A stretch of 64,000 bases of DNA from an uncultured Methanoregula sp. GTDB taxonomy: Archaea; Halobacteriota; Methanomicrobia; Methanomicrobiales; Methanospirillaceae. This document shows positions 10,935 to 18,816 of the stretch, in pieces (within the stretch, counting starts at the first letter, position 1; each line of letters opens with the position of its first letter). Location: contig CAZQGG010000009.1 of the NCBI GenBank assembly GCA_964592875.1, forward strand, positions 2,514 through 66,513, in the 5' to 3' direction. The notes under the pieces are model-generated. The model was not told where the DNA came from and ran no database searches. It was given only the letters and a program-made list of their open reading frames with translations. The translations under genes and the position numbers were made by a program.

Positions 10935-11707
10935 ACTCCTCGTTCGAGGTATTCGGGCTCTCGACCGGCATCATCAGAAGCGGCGACCCGATTGCGGAAC
11001 GGGTCATCGAGGCAGCGGAGAAGGCCTGCGGGGGATTTCTGGAAGGGGATGTGCTCGTCCTTGCCGAGACTGCCGTGGCCACATCGGAAGGCAATGTAAT
11101 CCGGCTGGACACCATCACCCCCTCTCCAAAAGCACAGGAAATGGCGGAGCGATACAGGATGGATCCCCGGACCGCCGAGGTCGTCATCCGGGAGAGCGAC
11201 GAAGTGGTCGGGGGCATCCCGGGCTTCCTGCTCTGCATGAAAGGCGGCACGCTCCTCCCGAATGCCGGGGTCGATGCCTCCAATGCACCGCCGGGCTGCG
11301 TTACGCCCCTGCCTGCCGATCCGGACCAGAGCGCTCTCTCGATCAAAGCGATAATCGAGAAGCGGGCGGGAGTCAGGATCGGCGTGATCGTCGCGGACAG
11401 CCGGACCCATGCTATGCGTCTTGGGTGCAGCGGGGTTGCCATCGGTTCCGCCGGCATCCCCTCGGTGATTGACGACCGGGGGAGGAACGACCTCTTCGGG
11501 AGGGAACTCGAAGTAACGAAACGGGCGGTTGCCGACAACATCGCCTCCGCTGCGGAACTCGTGATGGGCGAGGCCGACGAATGCACGCCCGCCGCAATCA
11601 TCCGGGGCCTCGGCCTTCCCATGGGAGACCATCTCGGTGTCGAGACTATCGATGCCACCGAATGCCTCTTCATGGGCGCATTTGCCAAGAACCGGACCCA
11701 GTGGTAA
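10931..11707 (+). CDS. cofE: CofE-family gamma-glutamyl ligase (F420-0:L-glutamate ligase fold; possibly acting on folate/pterin)
   Basis: NAGVDASN, GVIVADS, GVAIG, DLFGRELEVT..AVADNIASAAELVMGEADE; GTGA overlap with folP. Confidence 0.85.
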   Translation: MNSSFEVFGLSTGIIRSGDPIAERVIEAAEKACGGFLEGDVLVLAETAVATSEGNVIRLDTITPSPKAQEMAERYRMDPRTAEVVIRESDEVVGGIPGFLLCMKGGTLLPNAGVDASNAPPGCVTPLPADPDQSALSIKAIIEKRAGVRIGVIVADSRTHAMRLGCSGVAIGSAGIPSVIDDRGRNDLFGRELEVTKRAVADNIASAAELVMGEADECTPAAIIRGLGLPMGDHLGVETIDATECLFMGAFAKNRTQW

Positions 11708-11870
11708 GGTTCGCCACAGTATCTTTTTTTACCAGAAACTCCCGTTACTTTCCATAAGGATAGTAAGGGATGAACCGGACCGTATGCCTTATTCAAAGGA
11801 ATACTTCCAAAGCAGGTGAAGACAGGGAGCACGAGGTCCTTCGCAGTGCTCCCCTCAGTGAAAACAAACG

Positions 11871-13603
11871 GTGACACCCTTGGATACCGCCACACAACCG
11901 GGCAGCAGTGCCCCGGAGAATACCCCTCCCGAAAAAGGCCTCCCCTACAAGTGGGTGGCCCTGTCGAATACGACGATTGCCACGTTCATGGCAACGGTGA
12001 ACGGGAGTATCATCTTAATCTCCCTGCCGGCCATCTTCAACGGGATCAATATCAACCCGCTCACCTCCTTCCAGTACCTCCTCTGGATGCTGATGGGTTA
12101 CGGGGTGGTCACCGCAACCCTCCTGCTCAGTTTCGGCCGGCTCTCCGACATGTACGGCCGGGTCCGGCTCTACAACATCGGGTTTGCCATCTTCACAGCC
12201 GGCTCCCTCCTGCTCTTCCTGATACCGGGGATGCCGGCGCAATCGAGATGATATTCTTCCGGCTCCTGCAGGCCGTCGGGGCCGCATTCATCTTCTCCAA
12301 CAGTGCCGCGATCCTCACCGATGCATTCCCAACGGATGAACGCGGCAAGGCGCTGGGCCTGAACATGGTCGCCGCCCTCTCCGGCCAGTTCATCGGCCTG
12401 TTAATAGGGGGAATCCTTGCCACCTACCACTGGCGCTACGTCTTTTTGATAAGCGTCCCGTTCGGCGTGATCGGCACCATCTGGGCCTTCATGAAACTTA
12501 AGGAACCGTCGTACCCGAAGACCGCACGGAAGATCGATCTCTGGGGCAACATCACATTCATCGGGGGCCTGACCATCTTCCTCATTGGGATCACGTACGC
12601 GCTGATCCCGTACGGGAACGATGCCATGGGCTGGGCGAACCCGTGGGTCATGGCATCGATGATTGGCGGCCTCCTGCTGCTCATCGCGTTCCCCTTTGTC
12701 GAGAGCCGGGTGGAAGACCCGATGTTCTCCATCAGCCTCTTTAAAATCCCGAACTTTGCCTATGGGAATGCTGCCGGGTTCCTCTCGGCAATCGCCCGGG
12801 GCGGTGTGATGATCATCCTGATCATGCTGCTGCAGGGTATCTGGCTTCCCCTGCACGGCTATAGTTTTGAGTCCACTCCGTTCTGGGCCGGGGTGTACAT
12901 GCTCCCCCTTACCCTCGGTTTTGTAATCATGGGGCCGATCTCCGGGTTCTTCTCGGACCGGTACGGTGCCCGCTGGATCAGTACCGGAGGCATGCTCCTC
13001 GTGGCGCTCTCCTTTGTGATGCTCGCCCTCCTGCCGTATGACTTCGATTACCTGCCCTTTGCCATCGCCCTCTTCCTGATGGGGATCGGCAACGGCATGT
13101 TCGCCTCGCCGAACTCGGCAGCCATCATGAACTCCGTCCCCCCGGAGGATCGCGGGGTTGCCTCCGGCATGATGTCGACTTTGATGAACTCGGGATTTGT
13201 CATCAGCATGGGGATGTTCTTCACGATCATTGTCGTCGGCCTGACCAAGGAGTTCCCGGCGGCGCTCTCAGGAGCGCTGACCAGTGCCGGGGCACCCCAG
13301 CTGATCCCCGCCATGAGCAGCATCCCCCCGACCGGTGCCCTCTTTGCCGCGTTCCTCGGGTACAACCCGGTTGAGATGATCCTCACCGGCCTGCCGCTCT
13401 CGGTCACCGGGACGATTGCACCGGCCACTCTTGCTCTCCTGACCGGGGTCACGTGGTTCCCGACCACCCTTGCCCAGGCATTCATGCCCTCCCTTGCCAT
13501 GACCTTTTATATCGGGGCCGTGCTCTCGGTCATCGCTGCGATGCTGTGCGCCCGCGGGGGTGCAAAATACGTGCACGGGGATCACGACCATCCCCGCCGG
13601 TGA
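11871..13603 (+). pseudogene. DHA2/EmrB-QacA family MFS transporter split by a frameshift near 12220-12230
   Basis: N-terminal helices ([10 protein letters not shown]...[17 protein letters not shown]) are in ORF 11871..12251; the rest ([20 protein letters not shown]...) is in ORF 11816..13603 in a different frame. Confidence 0.8.
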
Positions 13604-13679
13604 GCGGATACCCGGTACTCCGTATCAGGTATTTATGCAAAGAGCCCACACATCGTAAACGAGAAAAAGGTGTATCACC

Positions 13680-14117
13680 ATGACCACAACGCCCTTGTAT
13701 GAAAAGATCCTGATTGCAGCGGATGGATCGGAGAAGAATATGGCCGCTGTCAGCGAGGCAATCCGTATCGCACGGGCCTGCGGGGCAGAGGTTGTGGCAG
13801 TCTACGTGCAGGATCTCGGCGCACTCGAATCCATTCCCCCGGGGGAGATGATGCTGAAGGATACCTGGAGTGTGATCCAGAAAGAGAGCGAATCCACCAT
13901 GTCCCGCATCCGGTCCATGGCGGAAGGCGTGAACCTGAAGACCATTGTGCTCGACGGGAAACCTGCGCCGGAGATCGTGCGGTATGCTACCGAGAACAAG
14001 ATCGACCTCATCGTGATCGGCACCCAGGGAAAACGCGGGCTGGAACGGCTGCTGCTCGGGAGCGTGGCGGAATCCGTCATCCGTTCGGCACCCTGCAAGG
14101 TGCTTATCGTAAAATAA
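13680..14117 (+). CDS. Universal stress protein (UspA family)
   Basis: YEKILIAADGS, DLIVIGTQGKRGLERLLLGSVAESV. Confidence 0.95.
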   Translation: MTTTPLYEKILIAADGSEKNMAAVSEAIRIARACGAEVVAVYVQDLGALESIPPGEMMLKDTWSVIQKESESTMSRIRSMAEGVNLKTIVLDGKPAPEIVRYATENKIDLIVIGTQGKRGLERLLLGSVAESVIRSAPCKVLIVK

Positions 14118-14125
14118 GTGCAGGA

Positions 14126-14563
14126 TTATCGTCTTCGCAGTTTCGCAAAGGCGATCTTCTGTTCAAGGGCTTTTCTCTTCTCCCGGATTATACCCGGGGC
14201 CGTCTTGTCCACGACAAGCGACTCGATCTCGGCAAAATCCCGGACCATATCGATATGTTCATCCGGAGTGAAATCCTCGTAATTGATCCTTTTTAAAAAC
14301 TCTGCTTCGCCTTCGACCGCTGTTTTCGGGGGGGCAAATGAGACCCGGCATTTCGTGTGACAGTACCGGCACCGCCAGTGATAGTCGCCCTCGGCACGCT
14401 CTTTCTGCGAAAGGATCCGGAAGTTCATTCCTTCACATTTCGGGCAGGACCATTCCAGCGTCAGGGCCTTGAGGATCCCATCGGCATTTTTCTCAAAGAA
14501 CGAATCGAACATTGCTGCATTCCGCTCAAGTATCGTATTATGCATTTTTTTTAGTCTGAGCAT
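14126..14563 (-). CDS. Hypothetical protein with zinc-ribbon-like CxxC pairs
   Basis: CPKC...CRYC; start uncertain (14563 or 14545). Confidence 0.6.
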   Translation of the reverse strand: MLRLKKMHNTILERNAAMFDSFFEKNADGILKALTLEWSCPKCEGMNFRILSQKERAEGDYHWRCRYCHTKCRVSFAPPKTAVEGEAEFLKRINYEDFTPDEHIDMVRDFAEIESLVVDKTAPGIIREKRKALEQKIAFAKLRRR

Positions 14564-14639
14564 ATTAATGCTCTGAAATGGGTTGTTGGGCAAGGATGCC
14601 CGGGTGCGAGGGGCATGCTGTGCGAATTGACAGGTCCCA

Positions 14640-14849
14640 TCAACTGCCATCCTGCCGACGCCATTCATTCATAATGCTCAGCAGGATCGCATGCTGGCAT
14701 GCTGATTCACGTTGTATATCGTTCATCAGATCGACCCTCAGGTCCCCGGGAGACCGGAGTTGCCGGGATTTCTTCGTGATTCGTTCCCCGGACCCTTCGG
14801 ATGTTCCGGATACAGGTGTGGTTACCTCCGGTGTCCTGTTACCGGTCAT
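14640..14849 (-). CDS. Small hypothetical protein (69 aa), translationally coupled to the GtrA gene
   Basis: ATG at 14849 overlaps the GtrA TGA (ATGA); product MTGNRTPEVTT...LLSIMNEWRRQDGS. Confidence 0.55.
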   Translation of the reverse strand: MTGNRTPEVTTPVSGTSEGSGERITKKSRQLRSPGDLRVDLMNDIQRESACQHAILLSIMNEWRRQDGS

Positions 14850-15253
14850 GCGGCACCTGCCCGGAACGTGAACCTGCTCTGCCCGTAATAATTCCAGAAA
14901 AATGCACAGATAGTTGCAAGTACCTTTGCAGCCAGGTAGTTGAACGAGGCCAGCTCCACGAGAATCCAGATGATCGTGACATTCACCATCAGGCAACTGA
15001 GGGAGATTGCCGCAAATGTGGTGAACTGGGAGAGATAGTTCCGGGTCCGGTCATGGAACGTGAGGAGCTTGTTGAGAGTATAGCTGACCAGTATTCCGCA
15101 GCAGTACGAGACACCTGCAGCCGGGATATACCACATGTTCGCATATTCGCAGAGAGCGTACAACAACCCGATGTCGATGAGCGAGGATATGACGCCCACG
15201 AAAAAGAACCAGAGGAAATGTTCGCGGCAGAATGCAGCAAACCAGCCCGTCAT
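14846..15253 (-). CDS. GtrA-family protein (putative lipid-linked sugar flippase)
   Basis: FLWFFFVGVISSLIDIGLL, SYTLNKLLTF, AKVLAT...FFWNY...RFTF; AAGGAG just before ATG 15253. Confidence 0.9.
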   Translation of the reverse strand: MTGWFAAFCREHFLWFFFVGVISSLIDIGLLYALCEYANMWYIPAAGVSYCCGILVSYTLNKLLTFHDRTRNYLSQFTTFAAISLSCLMVNVTIIWILVELASFNYLAAKVLATICAFFWNYYGQSRFTFRAGAA

Positions 15254-15302
15254 CTCCTTTTCCCCAAACAATAGCCCGCTGATCCCAGACATCCGGTTAC
15301 TC

Positions 15303-17585
15303 CTAGTACCCGGCGCAGTCATACAGGCTGTTCTGGGAACGGGAATCCGAGCCTGTGGTGCCTGATAAACCAGAGATGTCACGAGGTATACCGGAAGAGG
15401 TCCGGTTCGTAGTTCCATCCACGGAGAGCACAGCAGCGCGGGTATCCCCGGAAATATTACCGGTGCTGCCCCCCCATTCAGAGGACGGGATCGCGGTGCA
15501 ATGATCCGCTACCCAGCTGAAGATCTCTGAGTTGCCGGAGTTTCCCCCACCACCCTGTGCACCCGAGAGATAGAAGTACCGGATCTTCCCGGCACTCACC
15601 AGACTTGCCAGGGATTCCGTGGAAAGAACCTGGTCGCTGCCGGCGAACCCGCCCAGTGCCATGACGGGTTTCCCCGTCTCGATGATCAGTCCGGCAGCAC
15701 TCATGCTGCTTGGTTCGGCAACAATCCAGGTTTCGTTTGTTGTATGGGAGAGGAGGTACGTTGCAAGACCGGAAGTACTTCCTTCAGATATACCTCCAGG
15801 CAGGGAATTCATGCCTCCATGTACGCCACTGCCACCCATGTCACCGCCCTGCCCCGATTGCTTCGGGCCGGCGGTCGGCAGGTTTCCCGACCCGTACATG
15901 AGGGGAGTACAGGCCCAGACGAATGGTGCAATGAAGAGGAGGGCAATGGCCCCGATCGCCACGACCTTCGTGATCGTACCCGTACCCGCGAGGTGTCTGG
16001 CTTTCAGGTATAGCAGCACGATAGTCAGGATCACGGCACCGCACCCGATAACAACGGTGAGTAACCCTGACCATTCAGCAGTGTAAAGCAGGATGATCAC
16101 CTGAACGATGCCGGTGACAATGATCGCTATCGGAAGGATCCAGCCTCTTATCCCCCCACCCCGGTACGCCTCGTACATTGCCACGGCACCGATCCCCACC
16201 AGCCCTGCAAGCGGGGGGGCGATGGTGGCAAGGTAGTAGGTGTGCCAGAACCCGGTGGTGAAACTGAAATAGGCAAGGCCGGGCAGGAGCCAGAGGCACA
16301 GTGCCATGACCGTCAGACCTCTCTCGCTGAAGAGTCCTACATCTTCCAGCCCTTTGAGCGAGAGTGCGGCAGGCCGCCTCCAGAGGGTAAGGAGTCCGAT
16401 CAGGGCAAAAGGAAGCAGCCAGCTGATCTGGGCTGCCAGCCCTTCGCCAAAGAGGCGGGTGATCCCAGGCGATCCGGTCTCGTCTCCCATCCCTCCTCCA
16501 CGTCCGGTACCGGATCCTGGTGCATTACCTGCGGCGGCACTGGATCCTCCCGGCATTCCTTCGGGAGCATTCCCCGAAGGCCCGAAAGCCATGGCGGCGT
16601 CCTGCCCCGTGCCGGGCGGCTGCATCATATCCGCACTGCTTCGGTCCATGCTGCGCCCGGCCGTACGGTTCTGCATGCCTCCCGACTCCAAGGAAAGACC
16701 ACTCTCGCCACCCGGTGGGGCATCTGCTCCCGACCCCGGTGAGCCTTGTGTAAATTCACCCGTACTCCCGCCCGGCCCGGTTGAATCGCTCTCCAGCCGG
16801 TGAATTCCATTGTAATTGACAATGAGGCCCAGGACCGTGTTGTCCCCGCTGCCGCCGATATAGGGGCGCTGGTCTGCGGGGATTGAGTCAACAACAACCG
16901 CCCATGAGAGGGAGACGGCAGCGAGCACGGCAATGGCAAGGACGATATGAAGAACCCGTTTTTTAAAGGGGATCTCCCGTGCCCCCAGCAGGTAGATTGC
17001 AAGAATGGCGGGAACCGCAATGAACGCCTGGATCATCTTGACATTGAACCCGATACCGATGAGGATCACGGCAAGCAGGAGACAAAAAAACGATGATTCC
17101 CGGGCGGCTTTCAGGGCCACCCAGACCGCGAGAAGGAGGACAAAGATGAGGATCCCGTCCATGGTGCCGTTGCGCGAGACCGCAACGAAGATCGGGGTCA
17201 CCGCCAGCGCCAGCGCGGATACAAGACCCGCGGGTTTCCCGAATGCCCGTGAGACGATCAGGTAGATGAGGGCCACCGAACCGACACCGGCGAGTGCCTG
17301 CGGGAGAACGAGCGACCAGCCCGAGAACCCGAAGAGTGCGGCACTCGCTGCCTGCACCCAGAGGCCGACCGGAGGCTTGTCAACCGTGATAAATCCTGCG
17401 GCATCGAAGGAGTTGAAGAAGAGGACTGCCGGGTTTGCAAGCATGCTCTTTACCGCAGCCGCATAGTAGGCATTCGAAAAACCCTGATTCCAGACATTCC
17501 AGAAGTTCAGAAATGCAGAAATGATGAGAATACCGGCAAGGAGGATCTCATACCGGTACTGTTTTAACCGGATTGTATCCATCAT
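15303..17585 (-). CDS. GT-C glycosyltransferase, family 39/ArnT-like (YkcB/YycA type)
   Basis: NAYYAAAVKSM, FFNSFDAAGFITVDKPP, SRNGTMD, GFNVKMIQA, YIGGSGDNTVLGLIVNYNGIHRL, HTYYLATIAPP, GKPVMALGGFAGSD; Gly/Ser/Met-rich loops. Confidence 0.92.
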   Translation of the reverse strand: MMDTIRLKQYRYEILLAGILIISAFLNFWNVWNQGFSNAYYAAAVKSMLANPAVLFFNSFDAAGFITVDKPPVGLWVQAASAALFGFSGWSLVLPQALAGVGSVALIYLIVSRAFGKPAGLVSALALAVTPIFVAVSRNGTMDGILIFVLLLAVWVALKAARESSFFCLLLAVILIGIGFNVKMIQAFIAVPAILAIYLLGAREIPFKKRVLHIVLAIAVLAAVSLSWAVVVDSIPADQRPYIGGSGDNTVLGLIVNYNGIHRLESDSTGPGGSTGEFTQGSPGSGADAPPGGESGLSLESGGMQNRTAGRSMDRSSADMMQPPGTGQDAAMAFGPSGNAPEGMPGGSSAAAGNAPGSGTGRGGGMGDETGSPGITRLFGEGLAAQISWLLPFALIGLLTLWRRPAALSLKGLEDVGLFSERGLTVMALCLWLLPGLAYFSFTTGFWHTYYLATIAPPLAGLVGIGAVAMYEAYRGGGIRGWILPIAIIVTGIVQVIILLYTAEWSGLLTVVIGCGAVILTIVLLYLKARHLAGTGTITKVVAIGAIALLFIAPFVWACTPLMYGSGNLPTAGPKQSGQGGDMGGSGVHGGMNSLPGGISEGSTSGLATYLLSHTTNETWIVAEPSSMSAAGLIIETGKPVMALGGFAGSDQVLSTESLASLVSAGKIRYFYLSGAQGGGGNSGNSEIFSWVADHCTAIPSSEWGGSTGNISGDTRAAVLSVDGTTNRTSSGIPRDISGLSGTTGSDSRSQNSLYDCAGY

Positions 17586-17794
17586 GCAAGGCGATCCTGC
17601 ACGGTATCGAGGAGGAGAATAAGTTCCCAGATCCGGATTCTTCCCGCGCCCGATTCATGGTTCCCGATATCAAGGAGACTGTTTTTGATCTCTTCAACCT
17701 CTGCAGAGGTGATGAGGTACCATGCAGGTTTCCGTTGTGGGGACTTTTCACCAATATTTTCCAAAGAAACGATCCTGCCCGATGCGGTGCTCAT
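17582..17794 (-). CDS. Small hypothetical protein (70 aa), first gene of the glycosyltransferase operon
   Basis: TGA overlaps the GT ATG (ATGA); amphipathic helical product; start placed at MSTASG. Confidence 0.6.
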   Translation of the reverse strand: MSTASGRIVSLENIGEKSPQRKPAWYLITSAEVEEIKNSLLDIGNHESGAGRIRIWELILLLDTVQDRLA

Positions 17795-17844
17795 ACAACA
17801 GATCCTCCCGTTCAGATATTGATCTGTCTTATTCGATCGGATTG

Positions 17845-17915
17845 TAATATATTGATGATACGGCACCGGTGAAAGGAACTACCGTGAGGGAGATATATTG
17901 AACCCGAAAGGATCA
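17845..17915 (-). promoter_or_regulatory. Shared promoter, copy 1: GGTTCAAT box plus TATA-like TCAATATATTA
   Basis: + strand ATTGAACC at 17897-17904 and ATTGA at 17851-17855, offset 46 bp; same geometry at 21450-21521 and 25643-25714. Confidence 0.7.
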
Positions 17916-18048
17916 TGAATTGGGGGTGCCCGCAGCAATCCCCCATCATTATAAAAAAAATACCAACCTATTTTATCCCACACATGGATACTATGAATAC
18001 CATACCATTCCCGTAACCACGAGGAATGTGTTCCGGGTGATGCACATT

Positions 18049-18816
18049 ATGTCCGACAAACAGACCGTTACCGTTTCAACCGATCCGGCATTCTTAAAAG
18101 AACTGTCTGAATACTTAGAGGTCCTCTCAAACCCGGTCCGGCTGAAGATCCTAAAAGTGATCGAGAAAGAGCCAAAGGAGATCAGCGAGATCGCATCCCG
18201 CATCGATACCAGTTATGCCAATACCAAGAAGCACATCGACCAGCTGGTTGTAATCGGTCTTGTGAAGAAGGAGGCTGGGTACGGCAGGGAGACCGTCAAA
18301 GGAATCCACCCGGTCTGGAAATTCTCCCTCGTTGACGGGGGTATGGAGACCCTGATACGCAACATCGGGGTCTTTTCGAGCATCAACATCCCCATGGGAT
18401 ACGGTGATATCCAGTCACGTATCGAACCGTTGAAAATGGCCGTGCTCGCCGACTCCGGCTCGCAGTACCCCGCCCTGCATCTGGTGGAAGGACCCGCAGC
18501 AGGCAGGACATTTTTGTTGAAGAAGGACCGGGTCAGCCTCGGGAGGATCGACCCGGACTTCCCCGCATCGGCAAAAGAGGGGGACATTGTCCTTCCGGTG
18601 GAATATGCCTCGGTGACCCGGATCACGAAACCCCACGCGGTGATCTTCAGGGCGGAGAAGGAATGGTTCATTGAAGACCGGGGAAGTTCAAGCGGCACGT
18701 ATGTGAATTCAACCCTCATCCCCCCCATGAAAAAGACACCCGTGAAAAATGGCGATATCGTGGATCTGGCCATCGGGGATAGTTCAGCACGATTCCTGTT
18801 TGTTGTACATGAGTGA
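18049..18816 (+). CDS. ArsR-like winged-helix transcription regulator with C-terminal FHA domain
   Basis: N-terminal LEVLSNPVRLKILKVI...EISEIA...HIDQLVVIGLV (wHTH); C-terminal VSLGR...SVTR...PHA...WFIEDRGSSSGTYVN...LKNGD-like (FHA). Confidence 0.88.
   Translation: MSDKQTVTVSTDPAFLKELSEYLEVLSNPVRLKILKVIEKEPKEISEIASRIDTSYANTKKHIDQLVVIGLVKKEAGYGRETVKGIHPVWKFSLVDGGMETLIRNIGVFSSINIPMGYGDIQSRIEPLKMAVLADSGSQYPALHLVEGPAAGRTFLLKKDRVSLGRIDPDFPASAKEGDIVLPVEYASVTRITKPHAVIFRAEKEWFIEDRGSSSGTYVNSTLIPPMKKTPVKNGDIVDLAIGDSSARFLFVVHE

Noticed and set aside
11816-12220. 595-aa MFS ORF starting at 11816
   Set aside because: Its first ~135 codons are not transporter-like; the real N-terminus is in another frame (frameshift).
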